A stretch of 64,000 nt of DNA from Bythopirellula sp. (GTDB lineage: Bacteria; Planctomycetota; Planctomycetia; Pirellulales; Lacipirellulaceae): contig OZ244170.1 in assembly GCA_965216565.1 (NCBI GenBank), forward strand, positions 2,528,001 through 2,592,000, read 5' to 3'. This document shows, in pieces, positions 9,874 through 19,736 of the stretch. The translations under genes were made by a program, and so were the position numbers. The notes under the pieces are model-generated. The model saw nothing but the letters and a program-made list of their open reading frames with translations, was not told the origin of the DNA and searched no databases. How positions within the stretch are numbered: the first letter of the stretch is position 1; each line of letters begins with the position of its first letter.

Positions 9874-10788
9874 ATGCCCTACCTCTCGTTTCTATTCATC
9901 TGCTGCATGTGGGGCACAAGTTTTATCATGATGGATCGGGCTGCGCATGCCTACGGTCCGCTGGCTATCGGCACGGGACGATTATTGGGTGGGGCGCTCA
10001 CGCTCGCCTTGTATTGGGCGTACACGCGCGAGCCGGCCAGGATTAGCAAACGCGACTGGGGCCACATCGTTTTTGTCGCGGCCATTTCCAATGCCTGGCC
10101 ATTCACAGTGCTGCCCTATGTCATGACGCAAGCCAACGAGCATGGCTACTTTGGGATGTTGGTCACTCTGGTGCCGCTGGTGACGATCGTGTTGGCAATT
10201 CCTATGCTCGGCATTTGGCCTACTGCCCGACAAGTGATCGGAGTGATGGGGGGGCTCATTTGTCTGGCCGGGGTAATGGTCGATGGAACACAACGAGGCA
10301 TCCCCTGGGGACTGTTGGCACTTGGTCTCACCGTGCCACTCACCTACGCCCTGGGCAATATTTATATCAAGTGGAAGCTCGATCACATGCATCCCTTGCC
10401 GTTAACCGTGCTGTTCCTTGCGGTTGGGGGTGTGTCATTGATTCCCCTGCAGTTTATGCCGGGCGTATTGACGGCGCTCAACCTGCAGGGCCCCCCGGAA
10501 CCGCAAGACTGGCTGCTGGCCACTGGCTCGCTGGCACTGCTCGCCATTTTTAGTACGGGTGTGGCGATCCTGATGTTTATCCATTTGGTAAAATACCAAG
10601 GACCACTCTTTGCCGGGATGGTGACGTACGTCATTCCGCTGGTGGCCCTGGCTTGGGGACAGTTCGACAGCGAGAAGATGACTTCGCTTCAACTCGCCGC
10701 CATGGGCGGTGTGCTGGCAATGGTCGCGCTTGTACAATGGGGCGCGGCTGGGGCGAAGCAAGATTTGCCCGAGCCCTTGTTGGATTGA
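9874..10788 (+). CDS. EamA/DMT family transporter
   Basis: CMWGTSF, about 10 TM segments, VTYVIPLVAL. Confidence 0.9.
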   Translation: MPYLSFLFICCMWGTSFIMMDRAAHAYGPLAIGTGRLLGGALTLALYWAYTREPARISKRDWGHIVFVAAISNAWPFTVLPYVMTQANEHGYFGMLVTLVPLVTIVLAIPMLGIWPTARQVIGVMGGLICLAGVMVDGTQRGIPWGLLALGLTVPLTYALGNIYIKWKLDHMHPLPLTVLFLAVGGVSLIPLQFMPGVLTALNLQGPPEPQDWLLATGSLALLAIFSTGVAILMFIHLVKYQGPLFAGMVTYVIPLVALAWGQFDSEKMTSLQLAAMGGVLAMVALVQWGAAGAKQDLPEPLLD

Positions 10789-10853
10789 AGATCCGGCGAT
10801 CCGTAGGATCGCGGCTACACTAGACCCTAGCCCCTAACACCTAGCCCCTTCTC

Positions 10854-11966
10854 ATGCATCCCTGGCTCGCAGCACGTACTGCTGAATTCGATAGCTCCGG
10901 CATCCGCAAGGTTTTCGACCTGGCGGCGAAGATGACCGACCCGATTAATCTCTCCATCGGCCAACCGGACTTTCCCGTGCCCGACACCGTGAAGGAAGCG
11001 GCAATCGATGCGATCAATGCCGACAAGAATGGCTACAGCGTGACGCAGGGAATTCCCGATCTGCGTGAGGCGCTGCAAGCGAAGATCGATAATCAATTTG
11101 GCCACGACGATCGCAAGGTGCTGGTGACGTCGGGGACGAGCGGTTCGCTGGTGCTGACGATGATGGCACTGGTGGACCCCGGCGACGAAGTGATTTGTTT
11201 CGATCCTTACTTTGTAATGTACCCGCCTCTGGTGGCGATGGTCGGTGGGAAGTGCGTCCTGGTCGATACCTACCCCGACTTTCGAATCGATCCGGAAAAA
11301 GTTGCCGCGGCGATTACGCCTCGAACGAAAATGATTCTGCTCAACAGCCCGGCCAACCCTACGGGCGTAGTTGCCACAGCAGACGAAGTCCAAGCGCTTG
11401 CCGAATTGGGGGACAAACACAACATTGCGTTGATCTCAGACGAAATCTATCGCGAGTTCTGCTACGACGCGCCGCTTGTGAGCCCCACGAAGTGGAACGA
11501 TCAAACACTGGTCGTCGATGGTTTTAGCAAATCGCACGCCGTCACTGGTTGGAGAATGGGGTGGGTCCATGGCCCGGCCGAGGTGATCGACAAGATCACG
11601 ATGCTACAACAGTACACATTCGTGTGCGCTCCGCATCCATTGCAATGGGCGGCACTGGCGGCACTGAAAACCGACATCTCCCCGCAAGTGGCAGAGTATG
11701 CTGAGCGGCGGGACCTGATTGTTGGCGGCCTGCGCGATGCCGGTTACGAGGTTGCCTCCACCGGCGGGGCGTTCTATGTATTCCCCAAGGTGCCTGCAGG
11801 CGGCGGCACTGGCACTGAGTTTGTCGAGCGCGCTATCGCAAACAATCTGCTCGTGATTCCAGGCAATATCTTTAGTGAGCGCAACACGCACTTCCGAATC
11901 TCGTATGCCGCGAGTGTCGAGACGATCGAGCGGGGCCTGGAAGTGTTGCGTGGACTGGCCAGTTGA
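10854..11966 (+). CDS. PLP-dependent aminotransferase class I/II (aspartate aminotransferase-like)
   Basis: INLSIGQPDF, NSPANPTG, ISDEIY, GFSKSHAVTGWRMGW. Confidence 0.95.
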   Translation: MHPWLAARTAEFDSSGIRKVFDLAAKMTDPINLSIGQPDFPVPDTVKEAAIDAINADKNGYSVTQGIPDLREALQAKIDNQFGHDDRKVLVTSGTSGSLVLTMMALVDPGDEVICFDPYFVMYPPLVAMVGGKCVLVDTYPDFRIDPEKVAAAITPRTKMILLNSPANPTGVVATADEVQALAELGDKHNIALISDEIYREFCYDAPLVSPTKWNDQTLVVDGFSKSHAVTGWRMGWVHGPAEVIDKITMLQQYTFVCAPHPLQWAALAALKTDISPQVAEYAERRDLIVGGLRDAGYEVASTGGAFYVFPKVPAGGGTGTEFVERAIANNLLVIPGNIFSERNTHFRISYAASVETIERGLEVLRGLAS

Positions 11967-12028
11967 TTTCTGGCCACGAGTGACGCGAATCTGCCCGAAT
12001 GTGCGTAGACGCAGTTTTGGGACTCCTA

Positions 12029-12103
12029 AGCCGACGGCGCTAGCCGCGGGTGCCGTGAAAATAAGTGCCGTTCTGATGCTATCCGCGGCTAGCGCCGTCG
12101 GCT
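12029..12103. repeat. REP-like inverted pair AGCCGACGGCGCTAGCCGCGG; single arm also at 53512-53535
   Basis: 21-bp perfect inverted arms; near-identical single arm after the histidine kinase gene. Confidence 0.8.
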
Positions 12104-12196
12104 CATCGGTGACTGCTTTATCCTTGAAACTGGCTCTTGTCTTGTAGAATAGGATGAACCTGATACTACCGCTTTTGCACTTAGACCTCGCACTCC

Positions 12197-13642
12197 ATGA
12201 AACGCTTTCCGCAGATACGACCCCTTTGTCTAGCTCTTCTATTGCTAAGTGGCAATTCGATTGCCGGTGGGCAGATTACGCTGTCGCAGGATTTCGATAG
12301 CGGTTCGTTGGATGTCGCTGCGTCGTCGGTTGTGGGAAACAACGTGAGCCTCGTCGGCAGGGAGACTTGGACCACGCGGAATAATTACCGCTGGGTCTAC
12401 TTCGAGGCGTCGAACGTCAACGGTGCCACTCCCCAGTTTTCGATTGACTCGACCAGTTTCTTGGGTTCGCTGACGAACCATCGTTACGTGTATAGCTACG
12501 ATCAAGAGAATTGGGAGTTCTTCGACAACGGGGGGACTTTCGGCGGGAATTATCAGTTCTCTAACAACTCTCCCTTCATACAGAACGATGTCTACATTGC
12601 CTATGGCCTGCCCTACCCTGTGAGTCGCACCGATAGCTATGTGCAGAATCTCGTGGCAAGTCCGCACGTGTCGCCGACAACTTCTGCCAATTCCAGCTTG
12701 GTTTTGGGACAGTCGGCGGCTGGCGTCGACGACGTGGGACGGATCGTGCCCACCCAGAACCTGTACGGCTTTAAGATTACAGATTCCACTTCCACTGCCA
12801 CAAAACAAAAGGTGCTGTTGGCATCGGGAAGTCACAGCGCAGAGACGGCCGGCAACTACGTTCTCGAAGGACTGTTGGACTTTTTGTTGAGTGGAGATTC
12901 CCGCGCCGATGCGTTGCGTCAGCACGCGGAGTTTTTTGTGTACCCACAAACCAATCCGGCCGGCAGATTCGGTGGCTACTACCGCAGCAATCCTGAGAAT
13001 CCAGACAAAGATTTTAACCGTTTCTTCAACAACCCGACAGGCTTTACCGACCTGACGGCGCTCACCTCTGCGATGCAAGCCGATACGTCGGGTGATGTCG
13101 ATGTGCTTCTCGACTTCCATTCCTGGTGGGGACCTTGGACGAACGACAACTTTATTTATACCTTACCGAGTTTGGTGAACGATCCGTTTTTCAGTGCACT
13201 GCAAAACTATCAACCGGAGATCTCTTCCACGGGCTCCAACGGTCAACCCGGAATGCTTCGCATCTGGGGTTCCAGCACTGCGGGCTTGAATGCGGAATTG
13301 GGCATGACGCCCGAGATTGGTTTTCAGCCGTTTGTGTATGAATCAGATCTATTAGGCATCGGCGAATCCTTCGGCCAAGCACTCTACGATACGATCGTCC
13401 CCGAGCCAACGTTTCCTGATGGCGATTTCAACATGGATTTTCGTGTAGACGGCCTCGACCTCCTCGCCTGGCAAACCAGCGGGTTGAGCGGCGCGGACCT
13501 GACTCTCTGGGAAGCCCACTATGGCGAGGTTGGTTCTCAAGTGGCCACAGCATCGACGGTGCCCGAGCCTGCGGGCTTGGTCTTACTACTAATCGCGGTG
13601 GGCACGATCAGCAGAGGACGCGATTGGATAAAACTAGCTTGA
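12197..13642 (+). CDS. Secreted M14 zinc carboxypeptidase (CCP/Nna1-like N-domain) with dockerin-like and PEP-CTERM tail
   Basis: Signal peptide, FDSGSL, HSAE, DFNRFF, DFHSW, GDFNMDFRVDGLDLLAWQ, VPEP-TM-RGR. Confidence 0.85.
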   Translation: MKRFPQIRPLCLALLLLSGNSIAGGQITLSQDFDSGSLDVAASSVVGNNVSLVGRETWTTRNNYRWVYFEASNVNGATPQFSIDSTSFLGSLTNHRYVYSYDQENWEFFDNGGTFGGNYQFSNNSPFIQNDVYIAYGLPYPVSRTDSYVQNLVASPHVSPTTSANSSLVLGQSAAGVDDVGRIVPTQNLYGFKITDSTSTATKQKVLLASGSHSAETAGNYVLEGLLDFLLSGDSRADALRQHAEFFVYPQTNPAGRFGGYYRSNPENPDKDFNRFFNNPTGFTDLTALTSAMQADTSGDVDVLLDFHSWWGPWTNDNFIYTLPSLVNDPFFSALQNYQPEISSTGSNGQPGMLRIWGSSTAGLNAELGMTPEIGFQPFVYESDLLGIGESFGQALYDTIVPEPTFPDGDFNMDFRVDGLDLLAWQTSGLSGADLTLWEAHYGEVGSQVATASTVPEPAGLVLLLIAVGTISRGRDWIKLA

Positions 13643-13888
13643 CTAGCTAGGATTTTGATCTGCCAGTCTCGCTGCTGCCGACATTCTCGCGACCGTGAAG
13701 AAGTGGCAACCTACTAGCGAGCGATGCACATGTGAGAAGAACTATGGGAGAACGCTCCAATAGTGGTTGCGGCTTTCGTTTTGGGTGCACTAGGATTCTT
13801 TGCTTCAATAGACGTATACAGCAAGACCTTCGAGCTAGAGAAGCGTACCGCCGAACTCGAAGCGACGTTGCGTAAAATCTCTACCACC

Positions 13889-13929
13889 AAACAAACCGAG
13901 CCCGGGAGAACCAAGATCTCCCGGGCTCG
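13889..13929 (-). terminator. Probable intrinsic terminator of clpX
   Basis: 13-bp perfect stem cgagcccgggaga/tctcccgggctcg followed by GTTTGTTT on the minus strand. Confidence 0.6.
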
Positions 13930-13983
13930 TTCTATAAGCAAGCGTAACTTAACCCCCGGTGCGTATAGCTCCGGGCTTGAACG

Positions 13984-15264
13984 TTACGCGCTCTTGGTCT
14001 GTGGCGGCTCGTCTTTAAAGAGCTTTGCGCGACCTTCGACAATGTCGTCAGTCACGGTGTAGCGATTGCCGCGGGGTTGGTCGGGCAGGTCAAACATGAT
14101 GTCGAGCATCACGTTTTCGATGATCGATCGCAGGCCACGGGCACCCGTCTCTCGTTCGGCAGCGCGACGTGCGATTGCTTGCAATGCTTTCTCTGTAAAC
14201 TTAAGATCGGCATCTTCCATCGAGAACATGTGCTGATATTGCTTCGTGAGCGCGTTTTTCGGCTCTTGAAGTACGCGAACCAGCGATTCTTCCTCGAGCG
14301 GGCCCAAAGAAGTTAGTACGGGCAATCGACCTACCAGCTCGGGAATCATGCCGTATTCGATCAGATCGTCCGAAGTGACGTGGGCCAGTGTTTCGCCCAG
14401 GCTCAAATCTGCCGCATCGGTTTCGTTTTGGCCAAAGCCCATCGATCGGCCACCCAGACGTTTGCCAATCACATCCTGAATGCCATCGAACGTACCGCCG
14501 ACTACAAACAAGATATTCGTGGTGTCGAGCTGGATGTACTGCTGCTCGGGATGCTTACGGCCACCTTGTGGAGGCACGTTGGCGGTGGTGCCTTCGAGCA
14601 TCTTCAAGAGTGCCTGTTGCACACCTTCGCCGGAGACGTCTCGGGTGATCGAGACGTTCTGGCTCGTCTTGCCAATTTTGTCGATCTCGTCGATGTATAG
14701 CACTCCGCGTTGAGCCGCTTCGACATCGAAGTCAGCCGCATGCAGGAGCTTAAGCAGCAAGTTTTCCACATCTTCGCCGACGTAGCCAGCCTCGGTCAGC
14801 GTGGTCGCATCGCCAATGGCGAACGGTACGTTGAGCGAGCGGGCCAAAGTGCGAGCGAGCAATGTTTTTCCGCAACCGGTGGGTCCGACTAGCAGAATGT
14901 TCGACTTGTCGATTTCGACATCCAGCTGTTCTTCGGCGGCCATCAGCCGTTTGTAATGACTATGTACCGCGACAGCCAACACACGCTTGGCAGATTCCTG
15001 ACCGATGACGTATTCGTCTAGCTCGGTAACAATCTCGCGTGGGCTGGGGATCTTGGTGAATAGTTGCTTGCTCGAACCGCGGCGTTTGCGTTCTTGATCC
15101 AAAATGGATTGGCAAAGCTCAATGCACTCGCCGCAGATGTAGACGTCTCCGGGCCCTTCGACCAGGGGGCCGACGTCTCGGTAACTTTTTCGGCAGAAAG
15201 AGCAGAAGGCATTTTTCTTGGACGTACCGCCACGTCTGCCAGTTAAATCTCGCCCTGAAGGCAT
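13984..15264 (-). CDS. clpX: ATP-dependent Clp protease ATP-binding subunit ClpX
   Basis: CSFC..C..C zinc finger, [45 protein letters not shown]. Confidence 0.98.
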   Translation of the reverse strand: MPSGRDLTGRRGGTSKKNAFCSFCRKSYRDVGPLVEGPGDVYICGECIELCQSILDQERKRRGSSKQLFTKIPSPREIVTELDEYVIGQESAKRVLAVAVHSHYKRLMAAEEQLDVEIDKSNILLVGPTGCGKTLLARTLARSLNVPFAIGDATTLTEAGYVGEDVENLLLKLLHAADFDVEAAQRGVLYIDEIDKIGKTSQNVSITRDVSGEGVQQALLKMLEGTTANVPPQGGRKHPEQQYIQLDTTNILFVVGGTFDGIQDVIGKRLGGRSMGFGQNETDAADLSLGETLAHVTSDDLIEYGMIPELVGRLPVLTSLGPLEEESLVRVLQEPKNALTKQYQHMFSMEDADLKFTEKALQAIARRAAERETGARGLRSIIENVMLDIMFDLPDQPRGNRYTVTDDIVEGRAKLFKDEPPQTKSA

Positions 15265-15608
15265 GCTGTCTCCTTTGAGAGTGTGCTCAACTCAAGGGTC
15301 ATCACCGACCAGCGAGTCTTGCGCGAATCAATCATGGGTGTCGCTCGATGGAGTCATTTCGCTTAGTGCTTTGTCATTGCCAACAATAGGCGTTGTCAAA
15401 GCCCTAGAGCAAACTGTGCCATCATGCCTGGCGGGGCGTCCTTGTCCGCTCAGTGTGAGCAGTGCTTCGTTGGTCGTACTTACGCAGCCTCAACGAGAGT
15501 CGTTCATCGACCTTCTCACGGTGATTGTCCACTCCCGCTGTGGGAGGGTGAACAATCGAAACAGTCGGTCCTGCCCTCAACACCGGCCAAGTGCCTGTAA
15601 CAAGGGGT

Positions 15609-15869
15609 TTATCCGTTGCTGTTGTTACTCTTTAACTCCGACTTCAATTCACCTGCTAGCTTCGTTTTAATAGTTCGGAATTCTTCGTCGCTGAGCCCAC
15701 CCTCGGAATGAAGTTCGCGGAACTTTGACATCATCATACTCGACTCGGAGATGTCTTTGGCGGCACGATCCCGATACCTTCGCGCAAGGGCAACGCCTAT
15801 GGCAGTTAGCACGAAGATAACTGCAAACAGGATCGCTGCTTGCGACAAGGATTCTAACGCGTTGCTCAT
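15609..15869 (-). CDS. Small membrane protein with SHOCT-like C-terminus
   Basis: One TM followed by FRELHSEGGLSDEEFRTIKTKL. Confidence 0.75.
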   Translation of the reverse strand: MSNALESLSQAAILFAVIFVLTAIGVALARRYRDRAAKDISESSMMMSKFRELHSEGGLSDEEFRTIKTKLAGELKSELKSNNSNG

Positions 15870-16243
15870 CTATACCGGTTGCCGGTGACCCGGCTACCTC
15901 TTCTGAGCGCTCTGTGAAGAATTCGTCTGTCCGACTCTTGGTGAGCGCTGGTCCATATCCCCTATTCCCTACTTATTATGTCCCGATTGGCTCATCTCGG
16001 CAAGAAAAGTATCTCCGGGGTTTAGGGCCTCAGGCTGAAATATTGCCAAGTCCGCAAATATTGCCTGACTTGGCTAACTAAGCCCGTGGGCGTGGGTGTT
16101 TCAAGCTGCGGAAGCAGCATTTCCGATAGGGATGATAACGGACAGTCTTGGGAATTTCCGATGGTCGGAGGTTTCTGGGCTAAATTCTCGCACCACCGGT
16201 TAGGACCCTCCGATTTGAGATCCTGACGCTTGGGACACTGATA

Positions 16244-18052
16244 ATGACCGACCAAACGATTCGAACGGCAACTCGACGGGGCAAAGTTCGAACAAATCGG
16301 GGCCCTCGTCTGAACCGACTGCGCTGGCTCTTACTGCTGGTCTGTTGTACGTGTTCGGTGGAAAACGTGTTGGGCGCTGCGGCGCTGGAACCGGTTTATT
16401 GGAAAGAACGTCTCTTCTACGTCCCCTACCGCGTGAGCCAAACCAGTCGCGCGCTCGACCCCGTGCGCAAAGTTCAGCTGCTGATCTCCTCAGATGGCGT
16501 CAGCAACTGGAAGGTTCTGCAGCAGGCAGAACCCAATGTGCAAGGGTTTACCTACAACGCGCCGGCCGATGGGGAATATTGGTTTGCCCTGCGGCATCTC
16601 GATCGTCGCGGCAATCCCTGGCCTTCGCCAACGATCAATCCACAAATGCGAATTGTGATTGATACCGCCCCGCCACAACTGACACTCAATGCCGCCCTCG
16701 ATGCTAACGGTGCCGTGAGTGTTCGTTACGAAGCCAGTGATGTGAGCCTGCATGCCCCATCGCTGCATCTTGAAGTGCGACCCGAGGGCGGATCGTGGAC
16801 ATCCCTTCCTGCTACCTCCCACGATGTATCGCACCCCGATCGACTTGTTGGCCGTGTGAGATGGAACGCACCGGCGAACGCGAGAATGGTTGAGGTTCGC
16901 GGTTCGATAGCAGACCGGACGGGACTGCGGGGGGCGGCCAATGCCGAACTCGGGTTGAGTGGCCCGGCGATGAGTCGGCCTAGCGGCGCCAATATTGCCC
17001 AGAACTCGACAAGGTCGACCGTAGATCCCTTCAAGATTGAGGTTATCGAAAGCCAAGGTGCAACACCAGCATCTCGAGAGTGGCCACAAGCCGGCATGCA
17101 AGCGTCGCTTCCGCCTGCCAATAGCTTGTCGGCCTCAGACGTTCCGCCACCCACGCTCAATCCCTACTGTGCCGATCCCTACCGCAACGACGAAGAGGAA
17201 TTCGGTTCGACCACCCAAAGTGGACGGACGACCCAGGGTAAAACTCCTGCGCGGCTGATCGGCGATCTATCACCGAAAAATAAGCCCTTAGTGATCGAAC
17301 TGCCGGATGACTTTGCACCGACGCCACTTCCACCAATCAGTAAACTCGATAAGGGTTGGCAGGCGCCGAGTGCCACGCAAGTGACGAGCATTCGATCGGT
17401 GAACTCTCGAACCTTCGAAATCGAGTACGATTTAGAAACCATCGGACCCTGGGGAGTTTCCAAGGTGGAGTTATGGGGCACGCACGACGATGGCAACACT
17501 TGGCAGTCGTATGGCGTGGACGACGACAACCGCTCCCCTCTGCGAGTGAGCGTGCCGGGATCGGGAACGTATGGTTTTCGTATTGTCGTGCAGGGTGCCG
17601 GCACTGCCGTGACGCCACCGCCCCGCAATGGGGATAAGCCCGAACTAAATGTCGAAGTCGATCTTCAAACTCCAACGGCTGAAATTGTGTCGGTTGAACC
17701 AGGACGAGACGACCTCACGGGGCACCTGCAGATTCGATGGGCTGCCACCGATAGTAATCTGGAGCGTCGGCCGATTAGTCTGTTTTATGGTTCCTACGCC
17801 GAAGGGCCTTGGTCGGCGATTGCGACGCAACTCCCCAATACGGGAAGCTACACCTGGCGGATGGAGCGGCACTTGCCGGATCGTTTCTACATCCGCCTAG
17901 AGTCTCGTGACATTGCAGGCAACGTGGCCGCGGCCCAAACCGATACACCGTTCGAAATCAAACGCCCTCAGCCAACCGGCACATTGCGCGGTGTACGGCC
18001 TGTGGATAATGTGAATGGACTGTACGAGACAGCAGATAGTAGCGCTAGGTAG
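16244..18052 (+). CDS. Secreted protein with duplicated Ig-like beta modules and Pro-rich linker
   Basis: Signal-like segment; N- and C-terminal halves are similar (VQLLISSDGVSNW / VELWGTHDDGNTW). Confidence 0.8.
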   Translation: MTDQTIRTATRRGKVRTNRGPRLNRLRWLLLLVCCTCSVENVLGAAALEPVYWKERLFYVPYRVSQTSRALDPVRKVQLLISSDGVSNWKVLQQAEPNVQGFTYNAPADGEYWFALRHLDRRGNPWPSPTINPQMRIVIDTAPPQLTLNAALDANGAVSVRYEASDVSLHAPSLHLEVRPEGGSWTSLPATSHDVSHPDRLVGRVRWNAPANARMVEVRGSIADRTGLRGAANAELGLSGPAMSRPSGANIAQNSTRSTVDPFKIEVIESQGATPASREWPQAGMQASLPPANSLSASDVPPPTLNPYCADPYRNDEEEFGSTTQSGRTTQGKTPARLIGDLSPKNKPLVIELPDDFAPTPLPPISKLDKGWQAPSATQVTSIRSVNSRTFEIEYDLETIGPWGVSKVELWGTHDDGNTWQSYGVDDDNRSPLRVSVPGSGTYGFRIVVQGAGTAVTPPPRNGDKPELNVEVDLQTPTAEIVSVEPGRDDLTGHLQIRWAATDSNLERRPISLFYGSYAEGPWSAIATQLPNTGSYTWRMERHLPDRFYIRLESRDIAGNVAAAQTDTPFEIKRPQPTGTLRGVRPVDNVNGLYETADSSAR

Positions 18053-19550
18053 ATTCTTGACGTCGACGTGCAAATACGCAAACGCTAGACATTGCCAACA
18101 GCACTCCCGATGACGGTTCCGGAAGACTGTATAATCCCGGGACTGAGTTATTTCCAAAGAATCTGCCGAAACCGGCGCGGCGGGCAAAATCTCTGACGAT
18201 GATCTCGAAGAAATTCGGCGTCGTAGGTAGTGGAGCGCTCAGTTCTAAGCCAAGTTCGTAGAATTGCGCGGCATTCTGGGCACCTTCGACGCTGACGAAA
18301 TAGTCGCCCGGTTCGAAGAGAAACAACTCGTCGATCAATTCGCTACCTCCCAGGCCTGAGCTATTGGCTGACTCTAATATTGTCGTGCCGTCTTGATCCC
18401 ATAAAGTCAGGGAAAGGTCACTCTGTGCTGAGGTATTAAACGGCGACTGCGAACCCCCTTGCGGACCTTCTTGGTAGGTGGGGCCCAGCGGAGTTAGCTG
18501 CAAATCGATGATACTTGGCGCCAAAACCGTAAAGCGGAAGAAGTCGGTATCGCTGTCGTCGTCGATGCTGACAAAGTCGGTCTCATGGAACTCGACTAGC
18601 GTGTCAGCGGCATCCGAACCGAGGGTGACAGACTGCCCAGGCCAAAAGCGGCCAAGAGGGGTTGAGTCGAGATAGCTCTCATTGCCATCGCCTTCCTCGA
18701 AGACATCGCCATACAAGCGGTGGGCACCGAGAATATCGTCCAGTTGGGGGCCATCGAAATCGACTGCCAGGAATGGCCCCATCAAAATATCGGCATCTGA
18801 CGAAATCACGTGATTGAATCCCAATCCATGGCCCACTTCATGCATTATCATGTTGCGAAAGCGAATGAAATTGTTCTCCGGGTTTCCCCAACGGTTGATC
18901 TCGTCCGTATCGATCACCATATCTGAAAAGTTGGGAAAGAAGTTATAGGCCAAGAAAGTCGGGCTGATTTGGCCGTCGATCGAATGACCTCCGATGCGAT
19001 GGTCGCCACGAGCCGTCGAAAATCCTGCAGAATTCGGCAGCCGCGCACCGTCGTCGGGAACATGAGTGAAGTTAATTCCCGAGAGTTCGTCCCATCTTTC
19101 AAAGGACGATTCAAAAAGTTGAAACCAATCGCGCTGAGTAATGTCGGCACCGCCGGGGCTCGTGCCGCCGTGGTGTATACCGTCTAAAAAGGAGATCAGA
19201 TTACTGGGTGTTGCCGGTTCACCAAGTCCACTCGGGAGTTGAGTCCCATCTGGCACGATACTCCAGGTGAGCTCTGCCGGCTGACCGAGGCCAGAGGGAC
19301 CCGAAGAAGTGTTGGTCCAACCTTGGCCAAAGGTTTGAAACGCATCTAGCGCATCGAATTCCTTCCAATCCATATCCGTTTGGGGACTCATCAATCCGTG
19401 AACGTGACATCCACATGCTTGACTGTCTGATGCCAAGCAGTTGTGGCATACCGCTGCATAGCCTACGGAACACAGGAGCGACAGTCCCACACCCAGAATT
19501 AGCCGATAGAAATTGCCGAATCCTTGAACAGAAGTGCACCGACCTAGCAT
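18045..19550 (-). CDS. Matrixin (M10) metalloprotease with PPC-like domain and PEP-CTERM
   Basis: HEVGHGLGFNH, Met-turn ILMGP, DTDFFRF, LPEP-TM-RRR. Confidence 0.9.
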   Translation of the reverse strand: MLGRCTSVQGFGNFYRLILGVGLSLLCSVGYAAVCHNCLASDSQACGCHVHGLMSPQTDMDWKEFDALDAFQTFGQGWTNTSSGPSGLGQPAELTWSIVPDGTQLPSGLGEPATPSNLISFLDGIHHGGTSPGGADITQRDWFQLFESSFERWDELSGINFTHVPDDGARLPNSAGFSTARGDHRIGGHSIDGQISPTFLAYNFFPNFSDMVIDTDEINRWGNPENNFIRFRNMIMHEVGHGLGFNHVISSDADILMGPFLAVDFDGPQLDDILGAHRLYGDVFEEGDGNESYLDSTPLGRFWPGQSVTLGSDAADTLVEFHETDFVSIDDDSDTDFFRFTVLAPSIIDLQLTPLGPTYQEGPQGGSQSPFNTSAQSDLSLTLWDQDGTTILESANSSGLGGSELIDELFLFEPGDYFVSVEGAQNAAQFYELGLELSAPLPTTPNFFEIIVRDFARRAGFGRFFGNNSVPGLYSLPEPSSGVLLAMSSVCVFARRRQEST

Positions 19551-19736
19551 GTAGTCTTCCTTGTTTGCTGGAGCCCCTAGACTGGATGTGTGGCCGCAGG
19601 ACCACTTTCTATAAGCTAACGATGGATGTCGGTGTATTCAAGGAAAAATCACAAGTTCGGAGGAGTAGGGACGAGTTTCGCCTGGATAAATTTTGCGTTA
19701 GATTAAGCGAGTCTCTGAATCGATCCGCGAGAAACC

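Noticed and set aside
12245..13120. Long antisense ORFs (this 291-aa one, 50054-50725, 33933-34595 and others)
   Set aside because: Shadows of well-supported genes in GC-rich DNA, with no motifs
15265..15608. Long clpX leader as a riboswitch or uORF; absence of clpP
   Set aside because: No recognisable structure or credible ORF; unlinked clpP is not unusual
16101..16129. Sigma28-like TCAA..TCCGATAG (also CCGATA at 52081)
   Set aside because: Spacing does not fit the 15-bp consensus
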